A DNA stretch of 64,000 bases from an uncultured Candidatus Saccharibacteria bacterium (GCA_964401295.1 CAYNXX010000001.1:35671-99670), one strand, 5' to 3'; positions 50,668 to 61,143 are shown, counted from the first letter of the stretch. Notes: a model not told the origin generated them from the sequence alone. Numbers and translations are program-made.

Positions 50668-51552
50668 CTATAAACCGTGTTTGAGTTTTCCATAATTTCC
50701 GGAAATAGCATCCAAAATACCCCATGTAATCATTCTTATTTTTTTTATTTTTTCCTGTTCAAAAAAAAGCATTCTTGTCACGAGGTAAATGTTTGAAATC
50801 ATACAGCCCAAAACTGATTTAAAATCATTTTTCCAATAATGGCCATAAAGATAAAGGGAATTGCGGATCGTATAATAATACCTCCATGGCGAATCGTTGG
50901 GCACAATGATTTTCTTTCCAAAAACATTGCGCACATGAGGATTTTCACCCATATGATGATGCAACAGAGCGCCAGGTACGAGTATGATTTTAAGTTTATT
51001 TTTCCTAAGGCGGAAGGAAAATTCCGTATCTATACAATATATAAAAAAATCGTCCAGAAAAAATCCGATTTTTTGAAAGGTTTGTTTTTTTATGAGCTCT
51101 CCCGAAGTTATGCTACCCGGCAATTCTACCGGAATCTTGCTTGTGTGCACTGGGCCCTTTAAGATCGTATAATTCGGGGCCAAAACGGCTATATTTTCCT
51201 TTTCTTCATCCGAAAAATCGAAATAAGTTTTAAGCATTTCCGCTATCATGTCGTTCTCTACTTCGCTGTCATCGTCAAGTGTCAAAATCCAATCGCACCC
51301 TTCTCCTAGCGCCCTCCGAACGCCTATATTCAAAGCAGTTGCGAGGCCAAAATTTTCTCCATTTTCAATAAGTTCTATTTTATGAGACGTTTTGAGAAGT
51401 CCGCGCAAGTTTTCAAGCGCTTGCGCTCCGGAACCGTTGTCAACGATAAGAATTCTATCTACTTGCCCCAAGAGTGGATTTAACCGCCGCGGGAATTCCT
51501 TGTCTGTGTTATAAGTGACAATTACCGCGAAAACGCTTATTTTCATGCCCAT
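50668..51552 (-). CDS. GT2 glycosyltransferase (rhamnosyltransferase-like)
   Basis: FAVIVTYNTDKEF, ILIVDNGS, LTLDDDS. Confidence 0.78.
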   Translation of the reverse strand: MGMKISVFAVIVTYNTDKEFPRRLNPLLGQVDRILIVDNGSGAQALENLRGLLKTSHKIELIENGENFGLATALNIGVRRALGEGCDWILTLDDDSEVENDMIAEMLKTYFDFSDEEKENIAVLAPNYTILKGPVHTSKIPVELPGSITSGELIKKQTFQKIGFFLDDFFIYCIDTEFSFRLRKNKLKIILVPGALLHHHMGENPHVRNVFGKKIIVPNDSPWRYYYTIRNSLYLYGHYWKNDFKSVLGCMISNIYLVTRMLFFEQEKIKKIRMITWGILDAISGNYGKLKHGL

Positions 51553-51560
51553 TTTATATC

Positions 51561-51590
51561 ACAAAATTCGGAGGCGGGCAAACGCTCCGA
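51561..51590 (-). terminator. possible intrinsic terminator after the 4,6-dehydratase gene
   Basis: On the minus strand: TCGGAG-CGTTTGCCCGC-CTCCGA followed by ATTTTGTG. Confidence 0.4.
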
Positions 51591-51613
51591 GAAACGATTT
51601 TTGCGCCTTGAAT

Positions 51614-52612
51614 TTAAAGGTGAAGCCATCGCTGATGCTTAAGTGTCCAGTGGGCCGTCTTTTTAAGAGATTCTTCAAGGTCAACCGGCGGCTTCCAGCC
51701 CATTTTCGCTAATTTTTCGCCGGAAAGCGCGTAACGCTTATCGTGCCCCGGCCGAGCAGCATGATAATCAATAAAACTTATTTCCTCATCTTTAAGATCC
51801 CGCCCCTTTATTTCCTGGCAAATCCAGTTCGCCATATCTAAAACCGTCCTTTCTTCCCCGACTATATGATAAAACTGTTCTCTTTCGGCCTTATTAAGCA
51901 AAAACATAATCCCGTCGGCAACATTGCGGGCATGAATCCAGCAGCGCGATGATAAATCCTCCTTGCTTTTTCCGTGCAAAATAACTTTTTCGCCATTAAG
52001 CACTGCTTTTATTACTTTGGGTACGAATTTTTCCGGATGCTGTCTTTCACCGATTATATTCATTGAGCGCACAACCGAAATCGGCAAACCAAAAGCGTGA
52101 GCAAAAGAGTAAGCAATCATTTCTTCTCCGGCTTTGGCGGCGCTATATGGATTGCTAGGTTTGAATCTGTCGTCTTCTTTATAGTAAACCCCCTTCGGCG
52201 CAGGCCCGAAAACTTCGTCGGTGGAAAAAATAATCGTTCTACATCTAGGTTGATAGTGTTTTAGGTATTCAACAAGATTGGCTGTGCCCAAGACATTTGA
52301 TTTCACGAATGGAATGCTATCTTCCAGGCTTCTATCCACGTGCGATTCTGCCGCGAAATGCACGCAGTAGTCAAAATTGCCCATTAGTTTGTGCGTCGTC
52401 TCGGAAATCGGCGCCTGCAAATCGTGCCACACGAATTTGACGCGTTCCGGCGTAAATTCCTTAATATCGGTTATACGGTTCATATTGCCCGCATAATTCA
52501 AAGAATCCAGAACTACAACCTGCCAGTCTGTGTTTTTTAATAAATGCTCTACGTTATGGTGTCCGACGAAGCCAGCGCCGCCGGTGATAAGTATACTTTT
52601 TGTTATATTCAT
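51614..52612 (-). CDS. rfbB: NDP-glucose 4,6-dehydratase (dTDP-glucose 4,6-dehydratase-like SDR)
   Basis: ITGGAGFVGHH, STDEVFG, YSAAKAG (YxxxK). Confidence 0.72.
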   Translation of the reverse strand: MNITKSILITGGAGFVGHHNVEHLLKNTDWQVVVLDSLNYAGNMNRITDIKEFTPERVKFVWHDLQAPISETTHKLMGNFDYCVHFAAESHVDRSLEDSIPFVKSNVLGTANLVEYLKHYQPRCRTIIFSTDEVFGPAPKGVYYKEDDRFKPSNPYSAAKAGEEMIAYSFAHAFGLPISVVRSMNIIGERQHPEKFVPKVIKAVLNGEKVILHGKSKEDLSSRCWIHARNVADGIMFLLNKAEREQFYHIVGEERTVLDMANWICQEIKGRDLKDEEISFIDYHAARPGHDKRYALSGEKLAKMGWKPPVDLEESLKKTAHWTLKHQRWLHL

Positions 52613-52622
52613 ATTGACTATA

Positions 52623-53537
52623 TTAAAAATGGCTTAAATATTTTTTATATAATCCATGGACTTTTTGGTAGAAATCTTTACCCAGAAAACTTAAAATAAA
52701 CTGCGCGTAAACTTGGAGGCCTAAGGGATCCGCACCGAGAGCGCGCAAAATATATTTTCTGCCATCATAATTTTTACCGATGCGACATAATTTTCCCCCG
52801 ACTCTTTGAAGATAAAAAACTTTCAATTTCCTATCTTTTTCAAAAACCTCTTTCCAGCGCTCCAAAAGAAATGCTTCCAACTCCGCGGCATCTTGCAATT
52901 TGTCCCCCAGGCGTGTTCCGCTATGCTTGGTTATTTTTACAACGAATTCATCGGTAAAATCAATAGCGTATTTATCCGCGAGGCGCATATAAAGCTCCAC
53001 ATCTTCCCCGGTTTTAAAACGCTCGTCGTATCCTCCGACCGCTTTAATTGCGGATTTTCTTAACATCGGATTTGAAGCGGAACCGCAAAAGGGATTCCGC
53101 TGCCAAAGAAGATCTTTTAAAATGCGTCCGCGCAATATCGCTCTATGTCTTCCAAATTCTTTGCCCTTGTCATTAATCAATATAAATCCTCCGTAAACTA
53201 AACCCGAATTATTATCACTTTTTTCAAAAATTTTCAATTCCGCGCTTAATTTATTCGGCAGCCATTCGTCGTCATCGTCCAAAAAAGCAACAAACTCTCC
53301 CTGCGCCTCCCCAATCCCCAGATTTCGCGACTCGGCTATGCCAAGGGGCCGATGTTTTATATATCTGATTCTTTTATCGGCAAAACTGCGCACCGTGGCT
53401 TCGGTATCATCGGAAGAGCTATTATCCAAGATTATCAGCTCAAAATCGCCGTATGTTTGGCCCAAAACACTTTTAATTGCTTTTTTTAAAAATTTAGCGC
53501 GGTTAAAGGTGGTAATGATTGCGCTAACTTTAACCAT
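52623..53537 (-). CDS. GT2 glycosyltransferase
   Basis: VSAIITTFNRAKFL, ILDNSSSD, FLDDDDEW. Confidence 0.8.
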   Translation of the reverse strand: MVKVSAIITTFNRAKFLKKAIKSVLGQTYGDFELIILDNSSSDDTEATVRSFADKRIRYIKHRPLGIAESRNLGIGEAQGEFVAFLDDDDEWLPNKLSAELKIFEKSDNNSGLVYGGFILINDKGKEFGRHRAILRGRILKDLLWQRNPFCGSASNPMLRKSAIKAVGGYDERFKTGEDVELYMRLADKYAIDFTDEFVVKITKHSGTRLGDKLQDAAELEAFLLERWKEVFEKDRKLKVFYLQRVGGKLCRIGKNYDGRKYILRALGADPLGLQVYAQFILSFLGKDFYQKVHGLYKKYLSHF

Positions 53538-53549
53538 AAAATCTTATTG

Positions 53550-54425
53550 TTAAACATTTTTTCTGGCAAGGCAATATATGCTCTCTCCTTTGCCGCCAAA
53601 CATGTATAGCGGAGGCCACAAAATAAGCGCGCCGGAGGCGGCCACAGCAAGCCTTACGAATGTTTTGTGATTATACATTAAATGATTGATATGCCGCGCC
53701 AGATATAAAAAATCGCACGGTTCCACAAAAATCTTCTCCATGATGAAGCCGGATTTTTCAAGCAGAGAAGAAACTGACCTTACGCTCCATCTCGTGAGAT
53801 GCGCTGGTGGAAAATCAAATTTGCACCTGGAAATAGGTGTCGTGCTATTACGATATGGAACGCTCAAATAAATACGGCCACCATCTTTCAACATCGCGGC
53901 GACATCCTCTATAATCTCTGCCGGATTCGCTGTGTGTTCTAGGGTTTCAATTAAGGTAATATAATTGAATTTGTTTTTCCATTTTTTTGAGAAATGGTCC
54001 GTCATACCCTTAAAAACATCTTTTAATCCCTCTGCCCGGCAAAATTCAACTGCGCTATTGTCAATCTCCAAACCCCAGACATCAAAACCAGCATTCTTAC
54101 AAAGTTTAAGAAATCTTCCGTCTGCGCAGCCAATGTCTAAAAGCTTATCTGTCTGCAATGCACCAGCTGGCAATTCCGTATTTTCTCTGATTAATTTCAG
54201 AAAATACTTATGATTTCGCGAGACAAAACCTAATTTTTTACGCAACCAAGAATATTTTTTTTCGGAGAAATTGGTTTTATAATAATCTGTTCCGGGATGC
54301 TCTAACGGCCACCAAAATTGGCCATCGCAATTATTGCATTGATATAGCGTATATTTTTCGAACTTTTCAATCGCCGACAATTCCGAACTCTGGCACAACA
54401 CGCAATTTGACGGTTTGGAAAGCAT
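53550..54425 (-). CDS. class I SAM-dependent methyltransferase with an N-terminal zinc ribbon
   Basis: CVLCQS...CNNCDGQFW (CxxC...CxxC) and the SAM motif I LLDIGCADGRFL. Confidence 0.75.
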   Translation of the reverse strand: MLSKPSNCVLCQSSELSAIEKFEKYTLYQCNNCDGQFWWPLEHPGTDYYKTNFSEKKYSWLRKKLGFVSRNHKYFLKLIRENTELPAGALQTDKLLDIGCADGRFLKLCKNAGFDVWGLEIDNSAVEFCRAEGLKDVFKGMTDHFSKKWKNKFNYITLIETLEHTANPAEIIEDVAAMLKDGGRIYLSVPYRNSTTPISRCKFDFPPAHLTRWSVRSVSSLLEKSGFIMEKIFVEPCDFLYLARHINHLMYNHKTFVRLAVAASGALILWPPLYMFGGKGESIYCLARKNV

Positions 54426-54426
54426 T

Positions 54427-55362
54427 TTAGTGATTTTTATTTATTGCGTAATCTACAATCTGTTTTAAGCCCTCGTCAATCGTTATCGTCGGCTTCCAGC
54501 CAAGCTCCTTTCTTATCTTTGCCGAATCAAGGCAATAGCGCACCTGTTCGCCCGGCCGATCTGGATGGTAAATCGGCTTTGCCTCTTTTCCCAGCAAATC
54601 TGCGATCTTCCTATAAACTTCGTTTAGCGTTGTTTCTTTTCCGGTGCCGATATTAAAAAGCGGGTTCGGATGGCCATCCGGCGTATCCAGCGCCAGAAGA
54701 TTCGCGGCCACCACGTCGTCTATATAGACATAGTCTCTTGTTTTCTGGCCATCGCCCCACATCTCTGCCTGCTGGCCCGATGACAATCTTCTTATATAAT
54801 CTGCCATTGCGCCGGTAACTTGGCCGGGCCCATAGATCGCGGCATAACGCAAAATAACATAGGGCAGGCCGAATGTTTTTTTATAAAAGCGGAGATAATT
54901 TTCTATGGCATATTTTGAAACGACATAGGGCGAAACCGGATCAACCGGCTCGGTCTCGCTGACCGGCAGATTGGGATTGTTGCCGTAAAGAAAACCCGAC
55001 GAAGCGAAGAAAAACTTTTCAAGGCACCCCAATTCTTTCATTGTTTTAATCATGCGCACCGAACCGGTTAAAACGTCCATGTCCAGAAGAGGGTTTTCCA
55101 GGGACTTGGGCACCAAAACGAAAAAGGCGAAGTGATAAATTATCTGCGGCTTTTCTTCTTTTAAAATATCTTCAAGCCGCGGATCGCCCATATTAATTTC
55201 GTAAAACTTCGCCGCGGGATTTAAGTTTTCTCTTCTGCCGGTTGATAAATCGTCAACAACCATAACATCCGCGCCCTTTTTAATAAGGGCGTCAACCGTA
55301 TGCGACCCTATAAAACCGGCGCCACCGGTAACCAATATTTTTTTATTTTTTAATTCTGGCAT
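54427..55362 (-). CDS. SDR NDP-sugar 4-epimerase (GalE-like)
   Basis: VTGGAGFIGSHT and YVVSKYAIE (YxxxK). 311 aa. Confidence 0.78.
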   Translation of the reverse strand: MPELKNKKILVTGGAGFIGSHTVDALIKKGADVMVVDDLSTGRRENLNPAAKFYEINMGDPRLEDILKEEKPQIIYHFAFFVLVPKSLENPLLDMDVLTGSVRMIKTMKELGCLEKFFFASSGFLYGNNPNLPVSETEPVDPVSPYVVSKYAIENYLRFYKKTFGLPYVILRYAAIYGPGQVTGAMADYIRRLSSGQQAEMWGDGQKTRDYVYIDDVVAANLLALDTPDGHPNPLFNIGTGKETTLNEVYRKIADLLGKEAKPIYHPDRPGEQVRYCLDSAKIRKELGWKPTITIDEGLKQIVDYAINKNH

Positions 55363-55375
55363 ATATTATCATTGA

Positions 55376-56287
55376 TCAGCTCCTAACGCAGAGAATATTA
55401 ATTAAGATCTTCTTTTGCGAAGATAATCGCGATGGAAATTCTTCTATCATAAGCGGCTTCAGCTTTTTTTCTTTTTCATTTATCTCGGTAAGCTCGAAAG
55501 CCAAATCTTTTAAGGCGCGGAGATATTTTATGGGATCAGTACCGCATAAAACCAACTTACGGCTATCAAATTCGCTGATGATTTTTATGTTTTTATTTTT
55601 TGATAAAAGCTTTTGCATGCCGCGAAGCGCTTTAAATTCCATGCCCTCAATATCCATCTTGATAACGCTAATGGGCTCTTTGTAATCTATGAAGAATTCA
55701 TCAAGCGAGATGGTTTCAACTACCACGGATTTAACAGCGGGGTCATCGGGCGCCCTGCCCATTCTGTAACCCATGGTGCTATCTAAAGTTTCCAGAAAAA
55801 GTTTTCCGCTACCGCCTGCATCCGAAATGGCCTTCGGAACGATAGTAACCCGCTGGCTATAATTATTTGCATCAACATTTTTCTTTAAAAAATCAAGGTT
55901 AATCGGTGCGGGCTCAAAGGCAAACACCTTTCCCCTTGGTCCAACTTTTCGTGCGGCAATAAGGGTGTAATACCCAAGATGTGCCCCAAGATCCAAAACG
56001 ATATTACCCTCCTTAACCGAATCTTCAAAAATTTCTCTTGTATATTTTTCAAAATTTCCGCCCGTCGTGGCCAATGCCAAACTATCAAGAGGATCTAAAT
56101 ACATTTTGTGTTCCAAAAACATAACATATTCTGGCCTTAAACGGGAAAAAATAAAATGATAAACTGCTTGAATCGGTTTTATTTGCCTCAAACCCAGCCC
56201 CTGAAAGGGAAAAACTAAAGATTTTGAGATAGAAAATAAAATATTGCGCGCGTTAGCCATAAATTCTTTGGCGGGCGGAAGCCTCAC
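55376..56287 (-). CDS. FkbM-family methyltransferase
   Basis: VLDLGAHLGYYT, VFAFEPAPINLDFL, IKMDIEGMEFKALRG. Confidence 0.8.
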   Translation of the reverse strand: MRLPPAKEFMANARNILFSISKSLVFPFQGLGLRQIKPIQAVYHFIFSRLRPEYVMFLEHKMYLDPLDSLALATTGGNFEKYTREIFEDSVKEGNIVLDLGAHLGYYTLIAARKVGPRGKVFAFEPAPINLDFLKKNVDANNYSQRVTIVPKAISDAGGSGKLFLETLDSTMGYRMGRAPDDPAVKSVVVETISLDEFFIDYKEPISVIKMDIEGMEFKALRGMQKLLSKNKNIKIISEFDSRKLVLCGTDPIKYLRALKDLAFELTEINEKEKKLKPLMIEEFPSRLSSQKKILINILCVRS

Positions 56288-56340
56288 ATATCACCAGATA
56301 TAGCACAAACTAAAGCTTATATAAAGCTTGGTTTATAGGT

Positions 56341-57792
56341 TTATATTAGAAAGGCAGCGGCTATTCTAGCCGATAAAAAGATCAAGAGATAAACAATGCC
56401 GCCTATTAAAATTTCCTCCAAAACATATAATTTTGCGACCGCCGGAATAAAAAGAAAGAAATACGTTGCGCCTCCGGCCAAAATGGCGCTTACAAACGAA
56501 ATGCCAAGATTGACATTGAAAAGTTTTATCGGAACCAGCGTACTGACGAAGTAAGAAAAAGCAAAAAACATTAATAGAGTCGCAACAAAAGTCGCAAAAG
56601 CCGTGCCGTACAGGCTCAAAATAGGAATCAATATCAGATCCAAAAGAACATTAGCCCCGACTGCCAGAAAACTAACCATAAAAACCTGTTTTTCGCGGCC
56701 ACAGGCTATCAAAAGCAAGCTCAATGGCGCGCCAAGAAAAAGAAAGGCAGCCGCCGGCAATAAGAAATTTAAACTAAAAATCGCAGGCGAATATGTCGGT
56801 TTATATATAAAATTTATCAGCTTGGACGAAAGCGCAAGCCCGCCAGAGAGAAAACCGAAGGCCAGAAAAATCATAATCTCCATTTGAAAATTATAAGCTT
56901 TTTGCAGTTGGTCTTTTGAAGTTTTAAAAGCTCGGCTCAAAACCGGGGCAAAAACCTGAGTAATTACAGTAGCTGGCAAAAATACGGCGTTAAAAAGACT
57001 GTAAGCCGCACTGTACCATCCTACTTGGTTAATCTGCCCGAAAATGCCAAGCGTAATTGCGTCAACGCTGCCGAAAACGCCATTAAGGAATCCGATCAAG
57101 CCAAGAGGCAAAGACATGGCCAAAAATTTTTTCCATGCCGCGAACGAAATCGAAATTCTGATCGGAGCTATTTTTGCGTTAAAAACTAATACCGCAAGCG
57201 TCAAACCCAAAGCGCCAGATAAAACGTAAACCCAGCTTAATAATTTAATTGATGGCCAGGTAAACAAAATTACAAAAGCCAATCCGGTAAAAATAATTGC
57301 TTCTGAAATTCCCAATAAAGATATATATTCCATTCTTTGCCGAGCGGAAAAAAAAGGATAAAATACGCTCTTGATGCCCTGAATAAACAGATAAATGGCC
57401 AGAATCCACATTACGACCCTAATAGAGGAATCTTGGGTGGCAAAAAAAGAAATTAAAATAATGGTTGCGGTAACCAATAAAGATAAAATTGCTTTCAGGG
57501 AAAGCATGGTCGGAAACCATTGTTCTTTCTCTCTGTCGCGCGAAACCTCTCGCGCGATAATGGTGCTAAGTCCTAAATCTGAAAAAACCGTGAAAAATAT
57601 TGTAAACGCCAAGGCAAAAGAAAGCTTGCCGTATTCGGTAATGCCAAGGATCCTTGCCGCAAAAACCACGTAAAAAAATTTCAGCGCACGGCTTAAAAAT
57701 TCGGTTGCCGCCACCCAAAAAGTATTCTTGGCGATTATCTGCTTGGTATTTGTATGATCAAACAAAAAAGTTTTAATTTTTGGCAGCATCAA
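56341..57792 (-). CDS. wzx: Wzx-type polysaccharide flippase (MOP superfamily)
   Basis: 483 aa with ~12-14 TM helices and an N-terminal KNTFWVAATEFLSRALKFFYVVFAARILG typical of polysaccharide biosynthesis protein family flippases. Confidence 0.72.
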   Translation of the reverse strand: MMLPKIKTFLFDHTNTKQIIAKNTFWVAATEFLSRALKFFYVVFAARILGITEYGKLSFALAFTIFFTVFSDLGLSTIIAREVSRDREKEQWFPTMLSLKAILSLLVTATIILISFFATQDSSIRVVMWILAIYLFIQGIKSVFYPFFSARQRMEYISLLGISEAIIFTGLAFVILFTWPSIKLLSWVYVLSGALGLTLAVLVFNAKIAPIRISISFAAWKKFLAMSLPLGLIGFLNGVFGSVDAITLGIFGQINQVGWYSAAYSLFNAVFLPATVITQVFAPVLSRAFKTSKDQLQKAYNFQMEIMIFLAFGFLSGGLALSSKLINFIYKPTYSPAIFSLNFLLPAAAFLFLGAPLSLLLIACGREKQVFMVSFLAVGANVLLDLILIPILSLYGTAFATFVATLLMFFAFSYFVSTLVPIKLFNVNLGISFVSAILAGGATYFFLFIPAVAKLYVLEEILIGGIVYLLIFLSARIAAAFLI

Positions 57793-59002
57793 GAATTTTA
57801 GAATAAAGATTTAGGTATTTTTCGGCCATTTTTTGCCAAGTGTTGGCGGCATTAAAAGCATTTTCGCCCATAATTTTCTTTTCGAATTCGGAAAGCGACA
57901 TAAACTGTTTCATTTTGTCGGCAAGGGCCTTGAAATTTTCGGATTCGAAAACCAAACCCATCTCGCGACGCTTAACCAAATAGCCCATTTCAGAAACTTC
58001 GCTGACAATAACTGGCCTTTTGTGCATTGCAGCCTCTTTTAAAAGTGGCCCCGTACCGCCGGTGTATATTTTGCGGTAGGGAAAAACAGCGCAATCAGAT
58101 GCAAAAAAATAAATGGGGATATCGTCATCAGAAACATAACCAAGACGCAAAACAACTTTGTTTTCTATGTCAAATTTTTTAATTAAAGTCATAATTTCTT
58201 CTTCGGTATAATCAAAGGGCGATCCAGCGATCAAAACTCTGAAATCTTCATTTTTTATCAGCGAGGCGGCCTCAAAAAGATATTCTATGCCTTTGTCTTT
58301 CCTTAATATGCCGAATAGCATAAAAATCGTGCCGCCGTAATCTATGCCAAGTTTTTTTCTCGCTTCTTTTTCATCAACAAAAAATTGCGGCGGCTCGGCA
58401 CCATCGTATATCGCCTCAACAGGAAACTCGAGCCGCAAACGAAATTGTTTTTGCAGTTGGCTTTTATGATATTCGCCCAAGGCCACTATAGCCTTAATCT
58501 GTTTACCCAAGACTGGGCGCAAGAATTCTCGCTGAAAAACTTTATAAAAACGGAATGCCAGATTTCCTGGATATTTAAAAAATGAAAAATTCGGGGCATG
58601 GATAAGCAAAACTACTGGCGGAATATTTTTTCCCTTTGCCCTCAAAAGCAAAGATAAAATGCCGAATTCAACATCGCTGACCTGGATAATATCAAATTTT
58701 TCTTTACAACTAAAATCAATAGCGGCATTAAAAATAACAAATGAATTGCGCAAATAGCCCCAAAGATAAAGCCATGGCTTAGTTTTTTTTATTTCATCAA
58801 AATACCCAAAAGAAAAAGAACTCTGTTTGTATTCTACGATTTTAAAAAGCGGGGCGGCTTTAAAAAACTCTTGCGGCTCAGCTTTATTCGTAAAAAGAGT
58901 AACCTCGTTTCCTTGCTGGCCGAGATTTTGACAAAGATTTAGAGTATATTTCCCATAGTGGCCGCGTTTATCCGCAGTCGGCTGAACAAAAAGAATTTTC
59001 AT
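57773..59002 (-). CDS. GT4 (GT-B) glycosyltransferase
   Basis: MKILFVQP start (ATG 59000-59002, ATGA overlap with the upstream gene) and a C-terminal E-x7-E-type region (GGTGPLLKEAAMHKRPVIVSEVSEMGYLV). Confidence 0.75.
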   Translation of the reverse strand: MKILFVQPTADKRGHYGKYTLNLCQNLGQQGNEVTLFTNKAEPQEFFKAAPLFKIVEYKQSSFSFGYFDEIKKTKPWLYLWGYLRNSFVIFNAAIDFSCKEKFDIIQVSDVEFGILSLLLRAKGKNIPPVVLLIHAPNFSFFKYPGNLAFRFYKVFQREFLRPVLGKQIKAIVALGEYHKSQLQKQFRLRLEFPVEAIYDGAEPPQFFVDEKEARKKLGIDYGGTIFMLFGILRKDKGIEYLFEAASLIKNEDFRVLIAGSPFDYTEEEIMTLIKKFDIENKVVLRLGYVSDDDIPIYFFASDCAVFPYRKIYTGGTGPLLKEAAMHKRPVIVSEVSEMGYLVKRREMGLVFESENFKALADKMKQFMSLSEFEKKIMGENAFNAANTWQKMAEKYLNLYSKILDAAKN

Positions 59003-59817
59003 TGTAATTTCGCCCTGATGAGTGTATGCCAACCCAATGCTTTTTCAAGCTGCCGGAACGCGGATTTTGGCAAATATCTTAAATACCATACCTTGCGGTA
59101 TTCATAGCGCTTGTAAGGCTCAATTTCATATGGAAAAATGTGATCTTTGTGAATTTCTATTATTTTAAAACCCGTAAGCAATTTACGGATATCCCCGAAA
59201 GAATAAACATAAGTAACTGGGCTGCCTATCTGCGCCTCGGAGTATTTGGGCACCAACTCCTCCGCTTTCCAAAACATTCCATTGCCGTATCTTAAAATAA
59301 TCCATAAAATTTTCCAGCTCCATTTTGAATAAAGCATCAGGCGGACTTCTGTTTCCGGGCCGCAATATTTTTTTATCTCTTCAATGACTTTTTCCGGATG
59401 CGGAGTGTGGTGGATGACGCCGAAAGAATATATTAAATCGTATTTTTCAACCGGAACAAATGTGTTTAATTTTTCGGCATCGCCTAAATAAAAATTGGCT
59501 CTTAGGCCATAAACGCCGAACCTTTGTCTGCATATTTCCAGACTTTTTTGCGAAAGCTCAACTGCGCTGAGTTTTGCGCCGGCGCTTGCGAAATTTATGG
59601 AATCGGTCCCTATGCCGCAGCCTATTTCAAGTACCTTTTTTCCGCGCCATTTTTCAAACTCGGCAAAGACCGGAATATGCGGCTCGACAAAATATTTCCT
59701 CTTTTCAACCTCATCAAAATATTCCCTCGTACCTAAAGGTTTGGGCGAATGACGGATATTGCATGGCCGACTATCCCAATACTTTTTTACTTGTTCTAAA
59801 GTTTTAGCTATCGGCAT
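58999..59817 (-). CDS. class I SAM-dependent methyltransferase
   Basis: SAM motif I VLEIGCGIGTDSINFA and post-I AVELS. Confidence 0.78.
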   Translation of the reverse strand: MPIAKTLEQVKKYWDSRPCNIRHSPKPLGTREYFDEVEKRKYFVEPHIPVFAEFEKWRGKKVLEIGCGIGTDSINFASAGAKLSAVELSQKSLEICRQRFGVYGLRANFYLGDAEKLNTFVPVEKYDLIYSFGVIHHTPHPEKVIEEIKKYCGPETEVRLMLYSKWSWKILWIILRYGNGMFWKAEELVPKYSEAQIGSPVTYVYSFGDIRKLLTGFKIIEIHKDHIFPYEIEPYKRYEYRKVWYLRYLPKSAFRQLEKALGWHTLIRAKLQ

Positions 59818-61135
59818 TTGAGTATTGTCCGAGGCCGATATATTTTATCCTTGGACTGTTTTTTAACCCCTCAAGCATCCTCCAGCAATCTATAACTACT
59901 GTCGGGTTATGAATTAAATCCCCTTCCTGAAGATTTTGGAATTGCTCATCGCGCGTTGTAACGATTAAGCACGAAGCCTCGACTAAAGCATCTTTAACAG
60001 AATCCGCATAAACTATTTTGTCGCCGAAAATAGCTCTAGCGTTTTGTTGGGCCAGCGAATCATAAGCTATTACGCGCACGCCGTTTTTTAGCAGTTCCGC
60101 GATTATCTTGATTGCCGGAGACTCTTCTACAACCGGCGTATTCGGCTTAAAGGCCAAGCCCAAAATCGCAACTTTTTTATTGGCGCCGGCAAAACGTAGC
60201 GCTTTTTTCGTAATTACGGCTATCTGAAAATCGTTTATCTCGTCCGTAGCCCGGGCAAGTTTGGCATCTACCCCGAAATACTTGGCAAAAGCCGCAAAAG
60301 CCCGCGAGTCGCGCGGAAAACAAGGCCCAGAAAAAGGAGGGCCCGCCTTTAAGTAATGCGGAGAAATCCTTATATCGGCTCCTAAAGCCGAAGTTATATC
60401 GTCAACGTTCGCTTCCGGAATTTTCTCGCATATATTTGAAAGAGTGTTGGCGAAACTGATTTTCATCGTAACGTAGGCATTGAGCGATATCTTGGTTATT
60501 TCCGCCGAAACGAGCGACATACGGCCGACATAGGGCGAATTGTCCAAAGTTTGCCTGTATATTTCCTCAAGCGTATCGCCCACTTGCTTGCTGCTCTCGC
60601 CGATAAGAAGAAGATCTGGATTCAAAAATCCATGCAAAACTTCGCCCAGCGCTATAAACTCCGGATTATATGCCACGCCGAATCCATGATTGAGCTTCCT
60701 TTTGGAAAATTCTTCTATCAATGGAATCAAACTCTTGTTTATGGTTCCGGGCGAAACCGTTGAGGTAATCACGAAAATATGGTAAGGTTTTGCCGCTCTT
60801 TTTAATTCTTGAGCTGATTTTTGAACGGCGTCTTTCAAATAATCGTCTGAAAAACTGCCATCTGACTTTGATGGCGTAGGAATAATATAAAAAGTTATTT
60901 CGGATTCGCGAACCAATTCGGCATAATCCTGCGTTGCCCGAAAATTGCCGCGTCCTATATTCAAATACTCCTGCAGCTTGGGTTCATACACCGGCGCAAT
61001 ACCCTTATTTATGGCATCAACGTATTTTGGATTTAAATCTAAACCGGTAACTGAAAACCCCTTCGCCGCGAATGCGGCGAGCACAGGCGCTCCAAGTTTT
61101 CCGAGGCCAATAACTGACAATTTAGGTTTTGGCAT
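59804..61135 (-). CDS. NDP-sugar dehydrogenase (UDP-glucose/GDP-mannose dehydrogenase family)
   Basis: N-terminal VIGLGKLGAPVLAAFAAKG Rossmann motif, a catalytic-Cys region GPCFPRD, and a C-terminal ILGLAFKPNT. Confidence 0.8.
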   Translation of the reverse strand: MPKPKLSVIGLGKLGAPVLAAFAAKGFSVTGLDLNPKYVDAINKGIAPVYEPKLQEYLNIGRGNFRATQDYAELVRESEITFYIIPTPSKSDGSFSDDYLKDAVQKSAQELKRAAKPYHIFVITSTVSPGTINKSLIPLIEEFSKRKLNHGFGVAYNPEFIALGEVLHGFLNPDLLLIGESSKQVGDTLEEIYRQTLDNSPYVGRMSLVSAEITKISLNAYVTMKISFANTLSNICEKIPEANVDDITSALGADIRISPHYLKAGPPFSGPCFPRDSRAFAAFAKYFGVDAKLARATDEINDFQIAVITKKALRFAGANKKVAILGLAFKPNTPVVEESPAIKIIAELLKNGVRVIAYDSLAQQNARAIFGDKIVYADSVKDALVEASCLIVTTRDEQFQNLQEGDLIHNPTVVIDCWRMLEGLKNSPRIKYIGLGQYSNADS

Positions 61136-61143
61136 AAAATTAT

